Part shown: positions 8,679 through 21,516 of the stretch, piece by piece
How the letters are laid out: each line of letters begins with the position of its first letter
How positions within the stretch are numbered: the stretch's first letter is position 1
Origin: Bacilli bacterium
GTDB lineage: Bacteria > Bacillota_I > Bacilli_A > RFN20 > CAG-826
NCBI GenBank assembly: GCA_024695235.1
Contig: JAILIP010000013.1
Location: 1-59,453, forward strand
Length of the DNA: 59,453 bases
Reading direction: 5' to 3'
Notes under the pieces: generated by a model
Database searches by the model: none
The model's input: the letters and a program-made list of their open reading frames with translations, nothing else
Told to the model about the DNA's origin: nothing
Position numbers and translations under genes: made by a program

Positions 8679-10877
8679 ATGTCAAAAAAAGTTGTTTATC
8701 ATATTTCAGGATTTGATTGTCCTAATTGCGCTGCTAAAACGGAACGACATCTTCAAAAAGATGAAAATATCTTTGAATGTTCCATCGATTTTCCTAACGA
8801 TAGGCTTTATATTAACTATAAAGATAATCCTTATACAATTGATGAACTAAAAGCTAAAATCAAAGAAGTTGAAAGTGATCCAATTAGAGTCGAAAGAATC
8901 AATAGCGGTGAGCGTAAAGAAGTAAAAATACTCACCAAGGATTTCGTCTTTAATTTAGTTAGAGTTATACTTGCTGTTTCTTTCTTTGTGGTGGGCTTTA
9001 TATTTGAACACCTAAAAGGTGATGCTTGGTGGCAAGGTGAATTTAATTGGCTAAGTAATTCATTATACCTAGTTGCTGCCGCAATAATGCTATATGACAT
9101 TGTGTGGAAAGTAATTATGAACATAGTTCATTTGCGAAACCCGATAGACATGTCATTATTACTCACAATTTCATGTGTTGGTGTCATAGTGTTAGCAATG
9201 CTAACAAATCTTCCAAAAGACAATCCGATTTTAATTGCTCCAGAAGGTTTTCCAATTGAGATGCATGAAGGCGCAATGGTCATCATCTTATATCAAATTG
9301 GCGAATTGATTGAAGCTTTTGCTTCGGGTAAGTCAAAAGTTGCTATTTCAAAAGCCATAGACTTAAGAGCCGATACCGCCAATCTTGTTACCGATAATAA
9401 GGTTGTCCAAGTTAAACCTGAAGAATTAAAAGTAGGTGATATTATCATCGTACGCGTTGGAGAAATCGTTCCTGCTGATGGAGAAATTATTGAAGGTCAA
9501 GGATCTTTAGATATGTCATCTTTAACTGGAGAACCTCTTCCTGTTGATACAACCATTGGAAACAACGTTTTAAGTGGTTCCATCCTTAGAAGTGGATCTT
9601 TAAGTATTAAGGTTAATAAAGTATTTGCCGAATCCACAATTTCTAAGATTCTTGAACTAGTCCAATCAAGTGGTGAACGCAAAGCAAAGACCGAAAAAAT
9701 CATCGATAAGTTTGCTAGATTTTACACCCCAATTGTTTTTGGTATTGGTATTGTCTTTACACTTATTTATGGACTCGTTACAAAAGAGTGGACAAGAGCA
9801 TTATTTAGTGGTCTATCAATTCTAATTGTTTCATGCCCGTGTGCGATTGTTATTTCTGTCCCATTAGCATATTTTGCAGGTATTGGCTTGGCATCAAAAA
9901 ATGGTGTTGTTATTAAAGGAGCAATATACATAGATTCACTTGCTAAACTCGGCACTGTTTTTCTTGATAAAACAGGCACATTGACATATGGAAATTTTGC
10001 CGTTACAGAAATCGTTCCAATGGGTGTTAGCAAAGAAGAGTTCCAAGAAGCTTTACTGGCTGCAGAATCAAGAAGTAATCACCCTATTGCTAAAGCAATA
10101 ACATTGCATCAAAAAGTATCAGAAATTGCCTTAGAACAAGAAGACTACGAAGAAATTGCAGGCCTTGGAGTAATGACAAATTATAAAGGAAATGTCATCC
10201 TTGCAGGCAATGCAAGTTTACTTGAACTTAATGATGTAAAAGTTGAAGAAATTGAAACTGCTGGAACAGTAATTTACGTCGCTAAAAATGGCAAATATAT
10301 TGGCTTTATTGTCATTCAAGATGTCATCCGTGAAAAAGCTAAAAAACTTATTTCAAAACTCGATGATTTAGGTGTTAAAACTGTCTTACTTTCTGGTGAT
10401 AAATTACGCACAGTTGAATATGTTGCTGGACAAGTTGGAATTAGAGAATATCACGCTCATCTTTTACCACAAGATAAAACCAAATTTGTTGAAGATGCAA
10501 TTACCCATCGTGTAGATAAAAAGACAATCGGATTTGCTGGTGATGGAATTAATGATACACCTTCGATTATTCGTGCAGACGTAGGCTTTGCTATGGGCGG
10601 AATCGGATCTGATGTTGCAGTTGAAAATAGTGATGTTGTTATCATGCAAGATCATCCTTTAAAGATATATGATTCAATCAAAATTGCTCGATTAACTAGA
10701 TTCATTGCTATCTTCAATATTGTGTTTTCGTTAGTGGTGAAACTAAGTGTTTTAATCCTCATCATGATTGGTGTTGTTGGGCAATATTCAATGCTACTTG
10801 CAATGTTGGCAGATACAGGATTAACCGTCTTAATGGTGCTTCATTCATTGTCATTAATTTATCGAAAAGTTAAATAA
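8679..10877 (+). CDS. cadA: P1B-type heavy-metal (Zn/Cd) ATPase
   Basis: HMA motif GFDCPNC, TGE, SCPC, DKTGT, HP, GDGIND. Confidence 0.9.
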   Translation: MSKKVVYHISGFDCPNCAAKTERHLQKDENIFECSIDFPNDRLYINYKDNPYTIDELKAKIKEVESDPIRVERINSGERKEVKILTKDFVFNLVRVILAVSFFVVGFIFEHLKGDAWWQGEFNWLSNSLYLVAAAIMLYDIVWKVIMNIVHLRNPIDMSLLLTISCVGVIVLAMLTNLPKDNPILIAPEGFPIEMHEGAMVIILYQIGELIEAFASGKSKVAISKAIDLRADTANLVTDNKVVQVKPEELKVGDIIIVRVGEIVPADGEIIEGQGSLDMSSLTGEPLPVDTTIGNNVLSGSILRSGSLSIKVNKVFAESTISKILELVQSSGERKAKTEKIIDKFARFYTPIVFGIGIVFTLIYGLVTKEWTRALFSGLSILIVSCPCAIVISVPLAYFAGIGLASKNGVVIKGAIYIDSLAKLGTVFLDKTGTLTYGNFAVTEIVPMGVSKEEFQEALLAAESRSNHPIAKAITLHQKVSEIALEQEDYEEIAGLGVMTNYKGNVILAGNASLLELNDVKVEEIETAGTVIYVAKNGKYIGFIVIQDVIREKAKKLISKLDDLGVKTVLLSGDKLRTVEYVAGQVGIREYHAHLLPQDKTKFVEDAITHRVDKKTIGFAGDGINDTPSIIRADVGFAMGGIGSDVAVENSDVVIMQDHPLKIYDSIKIARLTRFIAIFNIVFSLVVKLSVLILIMIGVVGQYSMLLAMLADTGLTVLMVLHSLSLIYRKVK

Positions 10878-10900
10878 AATAAACACAAAGTGTTTGCTAT

Positions 10901-10931
10901 AAAGCGCACATGCATTATCGTGTGCGTTTTT
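10901..10931 (+). terminator. Rho-independent terminator
   Basis: AAAGCGCACA..TGTGCGTTTTT. Confidence 0.75.
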
Positions 10932-10941
10932 AAAATATTTC

Positions 10942-10970
10942 TTGCGTATACGTATATGTTTTGATAGAAT
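10942..10970 (+). promoter_or_regulatory. SigA promoter for rplK
   Basis: TTGCGT-17-TAGAAT with TG extension. Confidence 0.7.
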
Positions 10971-11028
10971 CTTTTTCGCATATTGTCGTCACGGTGAGAG
11001 CGTGCGAACACATATATGTAGATACGTC

Positions 11029-11065
11029 TTGTGGAAGAGCAAACGATTTAGCTCATTAACCACAA
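11029..11065 (+). promoter_or_regulatory. Probable L1-binding autoregulatory leader of rplK-rplA
   Basis: TTGTGG/CCACAA stem, asymmetric internal loop, GAGC/GCTC stem, in the rplK 5' UTR. Confidence 0.5.
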
Positions 11066-11101
11066 CACGGACAAAACTTAAAAAGAAGGAGGAAATGTCA
11101 C

Positions 11102-11512
11102 GTGAGTAAAAGAATCGTCAAAGTTGTGAAGATGGAACTCCCTGGTGGCGAAGCTAAACCAGGTCCAAAGCTTGCTTCTGCTGGTGTTGTCATGCCAAAA
11201 TTCTGCACAGACTTCAACGCAAAGACAGCTGACCGTAAAGGACAAATCGTTCCAGTCATCATCACAGCTTATGAAGACAAGTCCCATGACTTTGTAATCA
11301 AGACTTCCCCAGTTGCAGGTTTAATCCTCAAAGCTGCTGGAGTACAAAAAGGCTCTGCTAACCCAAAAGTTATCGTTGGCCACATCTCCAAAGCTCAACT
11401 CAAGGAAATTGCTGAATACAAATTGCCAGATCTAAACTGCGACGACATCGAAGCTGCTATGAAAGTAGTTGCTGGTAGTGCACGCAATATGGGTATCGCG
11501 ATTGACGAATAA
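11102..11512 (+). CDS. rplK: 50S ribosomal protein L11
   Basis: FC..FNAKT, IPVIIT.YED, GSARNMG; GTG start with SD AGGAGG. Confidence 0.97.
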   Translation: MSKRIVKVVKMELPGGEAKPGPKLASAGVVMPKFCTDFNAKTADRKGQIVPVIITAYEDKSHDFVIKTSPVAGLILKAAGVQKGSANPKVIVGHISKAQLKEIAEYKLPDLNCDDIEAAMKVVAGSARNMGIAIDE

Positions 11513-11517
11513 GAACT

Positions 11518-12201
11518 ATGAAGTATTCAAAGAATTACAGAAAAGTTGCTGAGCTCGTCGATTCAAGCAAAGTCTATTCAATTGCAGAAGCATGCGAACT
11601 CGTCAAGAAAACTTCAACCGTTAAGTTTGATGCCACAGTCGATGTCTCATTCCACTTGAATGTTGACACAACCAAAGCCGATCAACAAGTTAGAGGCACT
11701 CTCACTCTACCAAAAGGCAATGGTAAGACCAAAAAGATCTGTGCTATTACAACTAAGGTCGAAGAAGCAAAAAATGCCGGTGCGGATTTTGCCGGGGGTA
11801 AGGAATTACTCGAAAAGATCCAAAAGGAGAACTGGTTCGACTTCGATGTCATTGTCGCCACACCAGATATGATGGGTGAACTTGGTAAGATGGGTCGTGT
11901 CCTTGGTCCAAAAGGCTTAATGCCAAACCCAAAGACAGGCACAGTTGCTGTTGATATCGCAAAAGCAATCAAGGAAATTAAGCTTGGTAAAGTTGAATAC
12001 CGTCTTGATAAGAATGCTAACATGCACCTTACAATCGGTAGAGTAAGCTTCAAAGTTGAAGATCTCCAAGAAAACCTTGTAGCACTTACATCCACACTCG
12101 TGAAGGTAAGACCAGCTGCAGTAAAAGGTACTTACATTAAAAACGCCGTTGTCCACACGACAATGGGCCCAAGCATTCACTTCACTTTCGAAGGAATGTA
12201 A
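11518..12201 (+). CDS. rplA: 50S ribosomal protein L1
   Basis: KFDATV, LGPKGLMPNPK.GTV, TTMGP. Confidence 0.98.
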   Translation: MKYSKNYRKVAELVDSSKVYSIAEACELVKKTSTVKFDATVDVSFHLNVDTTKADQQVRGTLTLPKGNGKTKKICAITTKVEEAKNAGADFAGGKELLEKIQKENWFDFDVIVATPDMMGELGKMGRVLGPKGLMPNPKTGTVAVDIAKAIKEIKLGKVEYRLDKNANMHLTIGRVSFKVEDLQENLVALTSTLVKVRPAAVKGTYIKNAVVHTTMGPSIHFTFEGM

Positions 12202-12209
12202 TAGAGCAC

Positions 12210-12267
12210 AATATACCATAGACAGCAACGGCCACGGGGCTTAATCATGTTGCCCAGGTAAATATTC
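12210..12267 (+). promoter_or_regulatory. L10 leader (rplJ-rplL autoregulation)
   Basis: AGACAGCAAC..TTAA..GTTGCCCAGG pattern in the rplA-rplJ spacer. Confidence 0.65.
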
Positions 12268-12315
12268 CCAAGTATATTGAGACTCTCAAAAACAATTTAC
12301 AAAGGAGGTAGAACA

Positions 12316-12804
12316 ATGAATCAGAAAACTCTCGAATCCAAAAAAGAGATCGTTGAATCACTTAGAAAGCAATTCCAAGATGCTAAATCTGTCGCAGTTG
12401 TTGAATATCGTGGTTTAACAGTTTCCGAATTAAGTGAACTTCGAAAGTCTCTCAAAGCGGTTGACGCTAAATTCGGTGTCTACAAAAACACTCTCGTTCG
12501 CATTGCTAACGATAGTCTCGGACATCAAGAATTAGATGAATACCTCACTGGAAGTAACGCATACGTCTTCTCCTCTGACACAACAGGAATGCCAAAAGTC
12601 TTAGCCAAATTTGCTAGAACAAACGATAAGCTTATTCTCAAAGCTGGCTTAGTCGAAGGTAGATTCGTTGACGCCAAAGGACTCAAAGAAGTTGCAAAAC
12701 TACCAAGCCGCGAAGGATTAATATCCATGTTCTTATCGTGCTTGCAAGCACCTATCCGCAGTTTCGCTTGCACAGTCAAAGCAGTAGCGGATAGTAAAAA
12801 TTAA
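12316..12804 (+). CDS. rplJ: 50S ribosomal protein L10
   Basis: YRGLTV, KNTL, LPSRE; start at ATG 12316 after AAGGAGG. Confidence 0.96.
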   Translation: MNQKTLESKKEIVESLRKQFQDAKSVAVVEYRGLTVSELSELRKSLKAVDAKFGVYKNTLVRIANDSLGHQELDEYLTGSNAYVFSSDTTGMPKVLAKFARTNDKLILKAGLVEGRFVDAKGLKEVAKLPSREGLISMFLSCLQAPIRSFACTVKAVADSKN

Positions 12805-12827
12805 TGCCTAATTAGGAGGAAATTATT

Positions 12828-13205
12828 ATGGCAAAGTTAACAAAAGAAGAAATTATTGCTTCCTTAAAAGAAATGACTGTCCTCGAACTCAATGAACTCG
12901 TTAAAGCAGTCGAGGAAGAATTCGGTGTTACAGCCGCTGCTCCAGTAGCCGCCGCTGCAGCTGCTCCAGCAGAAGAAGAAGTCAAAGCTGGACCATCCGA
13001 AGTTACATTAGTTCTCAAATCATGCGGTCAAGCTAAAGTCGCAGTTATTAAAGCTGTCCAAGCTATCACCGGTCTTGGTTTGATGGATGCTAAGAAACTC
13101 GTTGATACTGCACCATGCAATATCAAAGAAAAGATTTCACCAGTCGAAGCTGAAGAACACAAGAAAGCTCTTGTTGCAGCTGGTGCTGAAGTCGAAATTA
13201 AGTAA
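12828..13205 (+). CDS. rplL: 50S ribosomal protein L7/L12
   Basis: [15 protein letters not shown], Ala-rich hinge, GLGL.DAK.LVD. Confidence 0.98.
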   Translation: MAKLTKEEIIASLKEMTVLELNELVKAVEEEFGVTAAAPVAAAAAAPAEEEVKAGPSEVTLVLKSCGQAKVAVIKAVQAITGLGLMDAKKLVDTAPCNIKEKISPVEAEEHKKALVAAGAEVEIK

Positions 13206-13231
13206 TTTTACTTATTCAACCGAGGATCTTA

Positions 13232-13840
13232 ATGGCAAATTCACATTATTTTATCAATGACGATACTTTGGCCTCTAAACCAAGAGTTGTCACATATAGA
13301 ATCAATGACGTCGATTTTGCCTTAGATTCCGATCAAGGTGTTTTTTCCAAAGATAGATTAGATGATGGGAGCAGAATTCTCATCGAGACTCTGCTTCCAC
13401 TTCATCTTGATGGAAAACTTCTTGATTTAGGATGCGGCATCGGACCAATTGGCTTAACATTGGCCTACTTCACCCCATCCCTGAGCGTAACTTGCTCAGA
13501 CATCAATACGCGTGCGCTAGCATTATGCGAAGCCAACGCCAAAAAGCTCTCGTTAAGCCCACGAGTCACCTGCCTTCAAAGTGACATCTATATAGAGATT
13601 GAAGGATTATATGATTCAATTGTGAGCAATCCACCGATAAGGGCTGGTAAGAAAGTTACCAATGCCATCTACATCGGTGCGAAATCTCATTTAATTGATG
13701 GCGGTTCGCTTTATATCGTCGTGCGTAAGGCACAAGGAGCGCCGTCAACCAAAGCTCTTCTTGAAAAAGAATTCGGCAATGTCGAAGTCTTAGCAAGGAG
13801 CAAAGGTTACTACGTTTTGAAAGCGACAAAAGCGAATTAA
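13232..13840 (+). CDS. Class I SAM methyltransferase (YbxB/RsmC-like)
   Basis: GVFS...[18 protein letters not shown]; usual position before rpoB. Confidence 0.9.
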   Translation: MANSHYFINDDTLASKPRVVTYRINDVDFALDSDQGVFSKDRLDDGSRILIETLLPLHLDGKLLDLGCGIGPIGLTLAYFTPSLSVTCSDINTRALALCEANAKKLSLSPRVTCLQSDIYIEIEGLYDSIVSNPPIRAGKKVTNAIYIGAKSHLIDGGSLYIVVRKAQGAPSTKALLEKEFGNVEVLARSKGYYVLKATKAN

Positions 13841-13859
13841 AGTACAAAGGAGCCATTAC

Positions 13860-16800
13860 ATGAGCAAAACTTACAAAAACTATCCATTATTACCAAATGA
13901 CAGAATTAATTTCTCGAAGATATCTGGTAATTTGGAACTACCAAATCTTGTTGAAATCCAAACTGACTCCTATCGTTGGTTCTTAGAAAAAGGCATCGAC
14001 GAAGTCATGAAAGAAGTGTTTCCTATTGCTAACTACAATGAAAACGTCTTCGTTGACTACGTCTCATGCGAACTCAAAGATCCAAAACACGATATTAGAG
14101 AATGTAGAGCTCATGGTTACACATATGAATCTCAACTTTATTGCAAATTGAGACTCAGAAATGAAGAAACATCAGACATCAAAGAATCAGACATCTTTAT
14201 GGGTAACGTCCCATTAATGTCATCAAGTGGTACTTTCGTTGTCAATGGTGCTGAACGTGTAATCGTTAGCCAAATTGTTCGTTCTCCAGGAGCATACCTC
14301 TCTAAAGAAATGGATAAAGCTGGTGGTAAATTCATCTTTAACGCTGACTTAATCCCAACAAGAGGTACTTGGCTTGAATTTGAAACCGATTTAAAAGATA
14401 TGATTTTTGTCCGCATTGACCGTCAAAAGAAAATGCCTGCAACAATCTTACTTAAAGCAATCGGTTTAGAATCAGCCAAGCAAATGCAAGATCTCTTTGG
14501 AAAAAATGAGATGTTGAAGAACACTATTGAAAAAGATGAAGCTACTACAAATTCATTAGATGCTTTACGTACCATCTTTGCTAAGCTCAAACCTGGTGAA
14601 CCAGCAACTGATGAAGGTGTTGCCACATTCTTAATTCAAAAGTTCTTTGACCATAGACGTTATGACATTGGATCTGCTGGTAGATTCAAATGCCGTAACA
14701 AACTCGGAATTTATAACCGTCTTGCTGGTCGTATTCTTGCCGAAGACCTCTTTAGTGCAGATGGTGAAAAACTATATTCCGCAGGCGATTACCTTTCAAA
14801 AGCTGATGTCCAAAAACTTATGGACGCTGAAGTCTTTGAAAATGGAGCACATCTCAAACACATCAAAGCTAACCCAGCGTTAGTTGATGCGATGGTGAAA
14901 AACTCTCCAAAAGGCAAAGACGACAAGGCTACTAAAGAAGAAATTGCCCAAACCTTCTCTGGCAACGTTAACGTCATCAAGGTTTATGTCGATGAAAAGA
15001 AAGACAAAGTCCAAAATATTATTGGTACTGACTTAAATTGCACCATTGAATGGATGTCATTCTCAGATATCATCGCCTTATTCTCTTACTTAATGAACGT
15101 TATGGCTGGATTTGGTGAAGTTGATGATATTGATAACCTCGGCAACCGTCGTATTAGATGTGTTGGTGAGCTTGTTCAAACTCAATTTAGAATGGGCTTA
15201 TCCAAAATGGTTAAGACCGTTCAACAAAGAATGTCAATTTCTGATTTAACAACCACAACATTGAAACAATTAATCGTCATCAAACCACTTACCAGTTCAA
15301 TTAGAGAATTCTTCGCTACAAACCAACTCTCACAAGTTATGGACCAAGTTAACCCGTTATCTGAGTTAACACACAAGAGAAGAATCTCAGCCTTAGGTCA
15401 TGGTGGTATTACTCGTGAACGTGCATCGATGGCCGTTCGTGACGTCCACCCAACACACTATGGACGTATATGTCCAATTGAAACACCTGAAGGTCAAAAC
15501 ATTGGTTTGATTAACAACTTAGCATCTTATGCTAAAATTAACCAATATGGCTTTATCGAAACTCCATACCGTATCGTCGAAGAAGGCGAAAATGGTAAAA
15601 GAAGAGTAACTGATAAGACTGAATACTTATCTGCTGATGCAGAAAGAAACCACTATATCGCTGAAGATGGTGCCCACTTAGATGAAAACGGCTATCTCCT
15701 CGATGATGAAGTTGTTGCCAGACACAATGGTGAGAACGTCGTTGTCGAAGCAAGAAAGATCGACTATATGGACGTCTCTCCAAAACAAGTTGTTTCTGTT
15801 GCATCTGCTTGTATTCCATTCTTACAAAACGACGACGCAAAACGTGCTCTTATGGGTGCTAACATGCAACGTCAAGCTCTTCCACTTTTAAAACCAAGCG
15901 CTCCATTTGTTGGCACTGGTCTTGAATACAAAGTCGCCCGCGATAGTGGTCTTGCCATTGTCTCAGCTGGTGACGGCGTAGTCAAATATGTCGATAGCCA
16001 AACAATTCGCGTTAAAGAAGGCAAGAACATTCGCGAATATAAACTCCAAAAATTCGAAAGAAGTAACCAAGGTACATGCATTAACCAAACTGCCATTGTT
16101 AAAGTTGGCCAAGAAGTCAAAAAAGGAGATATCCTTGCTGATGGTCCAGCTATGAAAAATGGTGACCTTGCTCTTGGTCAAAACGTCACAGTCGCATTCA
16201 TGACTTGGGATGGCTATAACTATGAAGATGCTGTCATCATGTCAGAAAGACTTGTCAAAGATGATGTTTACACTTCTATTCATATTGAAGAATACGTCCA
16301 CGATTGCCGTCAAACAAAGCTTGGACCTGAAGAAATCACACGTGATATTCAATCTGTTGGTGAATCTGCTAAGGCACACTTAGACGCCAATGGTATTGCT
16401 ATCATCGGTAGTGAAGTTCATGAAGGTGACATCTTAGTTGGTAAAGTCACTCCAAAGGGAACAACTGATCAATCCCCAGAAGAAAAACTTCTCATGGCTA
16501 TCTTTGCTGAAAAGACAAAAGACATGAAGGATTCCTCGTTTAGAGTTCCTCACGGTGGTGCAGGTACTGTCTTAGATGTCAAAGTATATTCACGTGAAAA
16601 CGGCGATGAACTCCCACTCGGAGTCAATAAATCAGTCCACGTCTTCGTTGCTCAAAAACGTAAGATCAGCGAAGGTGATAAGATGTCCGGACGTCATGGT
16701 AACAAGGGTGTTATTTCCCGCATCTTACCAGTTGAAGATATGCCATTCTTAGCAGATGGTACTCCAGTTGATATCATGCTTAACCCTCTTGGTGTTCCAT

Positions 16801-17513
16801 CTCGTATGAACATCGGCCAAATCTTAGAGATGCACTTAGGCCTTGCTTGTAGAAAGCTCGGACTTAAAGTTGCTACACCAGTCTTCGATGGTATCTCAAA
16901 TGAAGAGATTTTCGATCTCATGAATCAAGCAGGTATCGCCCCAGATGGAAAGACAATTCTCTATGATGGTCGTACTGGTGAAAGATTCGACGAAAGAATT
17001 TCCGTTGGATGTATGTACATGATTAAGCTCGTCCATATGGTCGATGATAAACTTCACGCCCGTGCAATTGGACCATATAGCTTAGTTACACAACAACCAC
17101 TCGGTGGTAAAGCCCAAAACGGTGGTCAACGTTTCGGTGAGATGGAAGTCTGGGCTCTTGAAGCTTATGGCGCTGCTCATACTTTGCAAGAAATTCTCAC
17201 TATTAAATCCGATGACCGTTTAGGAAGAAGAAAAGCCTATGAATCAATCGTTCGTGGCATTGATATTCCTAAACCTGGTATGCCAGAAGCCTTCAAGGTT
17301 CTCATTAAAGAACTTAAAGGTCTATGCATGAATGTTGAACTCTTAGATAAGAACGGACGCATAATTGATACAGCCGCTCTTGCTCGTAGTGATCAACAAG
17401 AAGAAAGAAAGATTAACACTGCTTTACGTAACTTAACCGGTAGTGAAAATCGCGAAGAAGAATTAACTCTCAGCAATGTCAAAGACTATGACATCGACGA
17501 GAGCATTAACTAA
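13860..17513 (+). CDS. rpoB: RNA polymerase beta subunit
   Basis: [36 protein letters not shown]. Confidence 0.99.
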   Translation: MSKTYKNYPLLPNDRINFSKISGNLELPNLVEIQTDSYRWFLEKGIDEVMKEVFPIANYNENVFVDYVSCELKDPKHDIRECRAHGYTYESQLYCKLRLRNEETSDIKESDIFMGNVPLMSSSGTFVVNGAERVIVSQIVRSPGAYLSKEMDKAGGKFIFNADLIPTRGTWLEFETDLKDMIFVRIDRQKKMPATILLKAIGLESAKQMQDLFGKNEMLKNTIEKDEATTNSLDALRTIFAKLKPGEPATDEGVATFLIQKFFDHRRYDIGSAGRFKCRNKLGIYNRLAGRILAEDLFSADGEKLYSAGDYLSKADVQKLMDAEVFENGAHLKHIKANPALVDAMVKNSPKGKDDKATKEEIAQTFSGNVNVIKVYVDEKKDKVQNIIGTDLNCTIEWMSFSDIIALFSYLMNVMAGFGEVDDIDNLGNRRIRCVGELVQTQFRMGLSKMVKTVQQRMSISDLTTTTLKQLIVIKPLTSSIREFFATNQLSQVMDQVNPLSELTHKRRISALGHGGITRERASMAVRDVHPTHYGRICPIETPEGQNIGLINNLASYAKINQYGFIETPYRIVEEGENGKRRVTDKTEYLSADAERNHYIAEDGAHLDENGYLLDDEVVARHNGENVVVEARKIDYMDVSPKQVVSVASACIPFLQNDDAKRALMGANMQRQALPLLKPSAPFVGTGLEYKVARDSGLAIVSAGDGVVKYVDSQTIRVKEGKNIREYKLQKFERSNQGTCINQTAIVKVGQEVKKGDILADGPAMKNGDLALGQNVTVAFMTWDGYNYEDAVIMSERLVKDDVYTSIHIEEYVHDCRQTKLGPEEITRDIQSVGESAKAHLDANGIAIIGSEVHEGDILVGKVTPKGTTDQSPEEKLLMAIFAEKTKDMKDSSFRVPHGGAGTVLDVKVYSRENGDELPLGVNKSVHVFVAQKRKISEGDKMSGRHGNKGVISRILPVEDMPFLADGTPVDIMLNPLGVPSRMNIGQILEMHLGLACRKLGLKVATPVFDGISNEEIFDLMNQAGIAPDGKTILYDGRTGERFDERISVGCMYMIKLVHMVDDKLHARAIGPYSLVTQQPLGGKAQNGGQRFGEMEVWALEAYGAAHTLQEILTIKSDDRLGRRKAYESIVRGIDIPKPGMPEAFKVLIKELKGLCMNVELLDKNGRIIDTAALARSDQQEERKINTALRNLTGSENREEELTLSNVKDYDIDESIN

Positions 17514-17527
17514 AGGAGGAATAAACG

Positions 17528-20500
17528 ATGTTTGATGCAAATAATTTAGCTGCTATTAAAGTTGGTTTAGCTTCTCCTGAAAACATTCGTGAATGGAGCC
17601 ATGGTGAAGTTACCAAATGGGAAACAATTAACTATCGTAGTCAAAAACCAGAACCAGATGGTTTATTCTGTGAAAAAATCTTTGGTCCTAGTAAAGACTA
17701 TGAATGTCATTGTGGTAAATATAAAAAGATTAAAGACCGCGGACGTGTTTGTGAAAAATGTGGTGTCGAAGTCATCACTAAAGATGTCCGTCGTGAAAGA
17801 ATGGGTCATATTGAACTTGTTTCACCATGTACTCATATTTGGTACCTCAAAGGTGTCCCATCACGTATCGGTTTAATCCTTGATTTACCTCCAAAGCAAG
17901 TAGAAGAAATCGTCTACTTCATCGCTCACGTTTGTTTAAATGCTGGCGATAGTAAGATTCTCTCCTACCGTCAATTCCTAGATGAAAAGACAGCTCGTGA
18001 AGTATTCGCTGCTGTCATTCAAAAAGATATTATCGAATCCGGTAGAATTGCCGCTGATAGTATCGATATGGAAAAAGCAAACAAGTTTATTGAAAACTTA
18101 GGCAATCAACTAGAAGCCTTTGACTTCTTGGCCGTTTCTAAATTCATCTCCAAACATACTGGTGCTGAATTCGGTAATGGTGCTGCCTCAATTAAACGTT
18201 TGCTTAAAGAGATTGATCTTGAAGAAGAATTTAAGAAAGTCACTTTAGAAATTCAAAACTCAACTGGTCAAAAACAAGAAAAAGCGTTGAAACGCTTAAA
18301 TGTCATTGAATCATTCAGAAACTCTAAGAATAGACCTGAATGGATGGTTCTTGATGTTATTCCTGTAATACCTCCAGATCTCCGTCCTATCCTCCAACTC
18401 GATGGTGGTAGATTCGCAGATTCCGATTTGAATGATCTATATAGACGTGTCATTATTCGTAACGACAATCTTAAAAAGATGATCAATCTTAACGCTCCTG
18501 AAGTTATCTTAATGAACGGTCGCCGTATTCTCCAAGAAGCCGTCGATGCATTAATCGATAACGGAAGAAGAAATAAACCTGTTCAAGGTCTTAGTGGCCG
18601 TCCACTTAAATCACTTTCTTCCTCACTTAAAGGAAAACAAGGTAGATTTAGACAAAACCTTCTCGGTAAACGTGTCGACTATTCCGGTCGTAGCGTTATC
18701 GCTGTTGGTCCAGATCTAAGAATGTACCAATGTGGTTTACCACGTGAAATGGCTATTAAGCTTCTCAAACCTTATATTATTAATATTTTAATTAAGGAAA
18801 ATTACGCCTCTGCGCATAAGACAGCTGAAAAGATTATTGATCATTATGATCCAATCGTCTTCGACATTGTTGAGAGAATCATCTCTGACCATCCGGTCTT
18901 ACTCAACCGTGCTCCAACACTTCACCGTCTTGGTATTCAAGCCTTCCAACCTAAGTTAGTTGAAGGTCGTGCAATTCGTCTTCACCCACTTGTATGTGCT
19001 GGATTTAACGCTGACTTCGATGGTGACCAAATGGCTGTCCACCTTCCATTAAGTAAAGAAGCTCAACAAGAAGCATTAGAGTTAATGCTTGCTTCTAATA
19101 ACATCCTCTCACCAAAAGATGGAAAACCAATCGTTACCCCATCTCAAGACATGGTTTTAGGAAACTACTACCTCACCTTAGAGGAAACAAAAGAAGATCT
19201 TCTTGCTCGTGCTGGCCGTCGTAAAGACAAAGGCGATATGGAAGAATATGAATTATTTACCATTTATGGTAATGCTGAAGGTAAAGTGTTCTCAACTGTT
19301 GATGAAGTCATCATGGCTTATCAAACAAAACAAGCTCACTTACACACCCGTATTGCTATTCGTGGTAGTGCATTAAAGAAAACAGGATTCACTGAAGAGA
19401 TGAATAAGAGCTACCTTATCACAACTGTTGGTAAAGTTATCTTCAACCTCATCTTCCCGGCTGACTTCCCATATCTTAACTGCCCAGAAGCACGTAACTT
19501 AAAAGGAGACTTGATTGAATTCTTTGCTCCACGTGGAACAAACATTAAAGAATACATTCATAATCTCCCACTCATCCGTCCATTTACCAAAGGTACTTTG
19601 AAGATCATCATTGATGAAGTCTATCATCGTTATGGTACATCAAAGACATCTGCCGTTTTGGATAAGATGAAAGACCAAGGCTTCAAATATTCAACATGTG
19701 CTGGCTTTACAATCTCCTTAAGTGACGTTCCTCAACTAGTTGGAAAAGAAGAACTCATTCATAAGGGTGATGAAAAAGTCGAACAAATCCAAAAGATGTT
19801 TGAAAAAGGTCTCCTCACTGATAACGAACGTTATAAAGCTGTCTGTAAAGTTTGGGAAAACGTCAAGAATGATGTTTCCAAGAAACTTATGGAACAAGTT
19901 AGAAACGATAAACGTAACACCATCTTCATGATGATGGATAGTGGTGCTCGTGGTAGTGTATCTAACCTAACACAATTATCAGGTATTCGTGGTTTGATGA
20001 TGAATCCTAAGGGTGAATCTATCGAACTCCCAATTAAATCATGCTTCCGTGAAGGTATGACAGTATCTGAATACTTCATTGCTACTCACGGTGCTCGTAA
20101 AGGTGGTGCTGATACCGCTCTTAAGACTGCTGACTCTGGTTATTTAACAAGAAGACTTGTTGACGTTTCTCAAGATGTCATCGTCCGTGAAGAAGATTGT
20201 CACACCGACCACGGCTTTGTCGTTAGAGCCATCATCGATACAGTCAAAAATACAGTCGTCGTTCCTTTAAGAGAAAGACTTGCTGGTAGATTTGCTCTTC
20301 GTGATGTCGTTAACCCAGCCACTGGTGAAGTTATCGTCGCTGAAAATACCCTCATTGATGAAAACGCCGCTAAAGCAATTGAAGATGCTGGTATTAAAGA
20401 AGTTGAAATTAGATCCTTATTTGGTTGTGAAACTAAAAATGGTGTCTGTGCTCACTGCTATGGACGTAACCTTGCTACTGGTGAAGTCGTTAAAATCGGT

Positions 20501-21412
20501 GAAGCAGTCGGTATCATGGCTGCTCAATCCATCGGTGAACCTGGTACACAACTTACCATGAGAACATTCAACTCTGGTGGTGTTGCTGGTGCTGATATTA
20601 CAGGTGGTCTCCCACGTGTTCAAGAACTTGTTGAAGCACGTACACCTAAAGGTGAAGCCCTTATCTCAGAAATCTCTGGTAAGGTCGTCTCCGTTGAAGA
20701 TCTCGGTGGCATTTATCACTTCCGTGTGAAAAATGACATTGAAGAAAAAGAGTTCAAATCAGTTTATAATGCTCACCCAGCTGTTAAAGTTGGTGATGAA
20801 ATCAAAGCTGGTTCAAAACTCACTGAAGGTGCTATTGCTCCTAAGAAACTTCTTGAAGTTGCTACAGTTGTCGATGTTGAAAACTACATCCTCGAAGAAA
20901 TTCAAAAAGTCTATCGTGGTGTTGAAAACATCGAAATTAGTGACAAACACATTGAAGTCATCATTCGTCAAATGCTCAAGAAAGTTCGCGTTGTCTCCTC
21001 TGGTGACACCGATATGATCCCAGGCACAAAACTTGATAGTGATGAATTCACCGCAAGAAACGAAGACGCTATTCTTGATCAAGCAATGGGTGGAACCAAA
21101 GTTCCAGCTGAATATAAGCCAATGTTACTTGGTATTACCAAAGCTGCTCTTGAAACCAAGTCATTCCTCTCTGCTGCATCCTTCCAAGAAACAACACGTG
21201 TTCTTACCGATGCTGCCATTAAAGGAAAACTCGATCCATTACATGGCTTAAAAGAAAACGTCATTACTGGTAAAGTCATCCCAGCTGGTGATGGTCTATT
21301 ATCAGAAGCTGAAGAAGCTGAACACATTAAAGGCTTCACAGTTGCCTCTAAGATGAAAGAGGTTAAACAACAATATATTGAAGTTCACGATCGTGTAGAC
21401 GAAGTGGAATAA
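17528..21412 (+). CDS. rpoC: RNA polymerase beta' subunit
   Basis: NADFDGD, Zn ribbon, [15 protein letters not shown]. Confidence 0.99.
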   Translation: MFDANNLAAIKVGLASPENIREWSHGEVTKWETINYRSQKPEPDGLFCEKIFGPSKDYECHCGKYKKIKDRGRVCEKCGVEVITKDVRRERMGHIELVSPCTHIWYLKGVPSRIGLILDLPPKQVEEIVYFIAHVCLNAGDSKILSYRQFLDEKTAREVFAAVIQKDIIESGRIAADSIDMEKANKFIENLGNQLEAFDFLAVSKFISKHTGAEFGNGAASIKRLLKEIDLEEEFKKVTLEIQNSTGQKQEKALKRLNVIESFRNSKNRPEWMVLDVIPVIPPDLRPILQLDGGRFADSDLNDLYRRVIIRNDNLKKMINLNAPEVILMNGRRILQEAVDALIDNGRRNKPVQGLSGRPLKSLSSSLKGKQGRFRQNLLGKRVDYSGRSVIAVGPDLRMYQCGLPREMAIKLLKPYIINILIKENYASAHKTAEKIIDHYDPIVFDIVERIISDHPVLLNRAPTLHRLGIQAFQPKLVEGRAIRLHPLVCAGFNADFDGDQMAVHLPLSKEAQQEALELMLASNNILSPKDGKPIVTPSQDMVLGNYYLTLEETKEDLLARAGRRKDKGDMEEYELFTIYGNAEGKVFSTVDEVIMAYQTKQAHLHTRIAIRGSALKKTGFTEEMNKSYLITTVGKVIFNLIFPADFPYLNCPEARNLKGDLIEFFAPRGTNIKEYIHNLPLIRPFTKGTLKIIIDEVYHRYGTSKTSAVLDKMKDQGFKYSTCAGFTISLSDVPQLVGKEELIHKGDEKVEQIQKMFEKGLLTDNERYKAVCKVWENVKNDVSKKLMEQVRNDKRNTIFMMMDSGARGSVSNLTQLSGIRGLMMNPKGESIELPIKSCFREGMTVSEYFIATHGARKGGADTALKTADSGYLTRRLVDVSQDVIVREEDCHTDHGFVVRAIIDTVKNTVVVPLRERLAGRFALRDVVNPATGEVIVAENTLIDENAAKAIEDAGIKEVEIRSLFGCETKNGVCAHCYGRNLATGEVVKIGEAVGIMAAQSIGEPGTQLTMRTFNSGGVAGADITGGLPRVQELVEARTPKGEALISEISGKVVSVEDLGGIYHFRVKNDIEEKEFKSVYNAHPAVKVGDEIKAGSKLTEGAIAPKKLLEVATVVDVENYILEEIQKVYRGVENIEISDKHIEVIIRQMLKKVRVVSSGDTDMIPGTKLDSDEFTARNEDAILDQAMGGTKVPAEYKPMLLGITKAALETKSFLSAASFQETTRVLTDAAIKGKLDPLHGLKENVITGKVIPAGDGLLSEAEEAEHIKGFTVASKMKEVKQQYIEVHDRVDEVE

Positions 21413-21429
21413 TCAATACAACATTATTC

Positions 21430-21465
21430 GGAGTGCCATCGCCCGGTGGCACTCCTTATTCTCTT
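21430..21465 (+). terminator. Terminator after rpoC
   Basis: GGAGTGCCA..TGGCACTCC stem with pyrimidine tail. Confidence 0.75.
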
Positions 21466-21516
21466 GTCATAAAAATCTTTTATGATAAGATATCAAAAAA
21501 TAAGGAGGACACAGTT

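Noticed and set aside
13630-13650. Possible AGG-to-Met reassignment, as reported for some uncultured Bacilli
   Set aside because: AGG encodes the conserved Arg of NPPIRAG here and of HRD in RapZ
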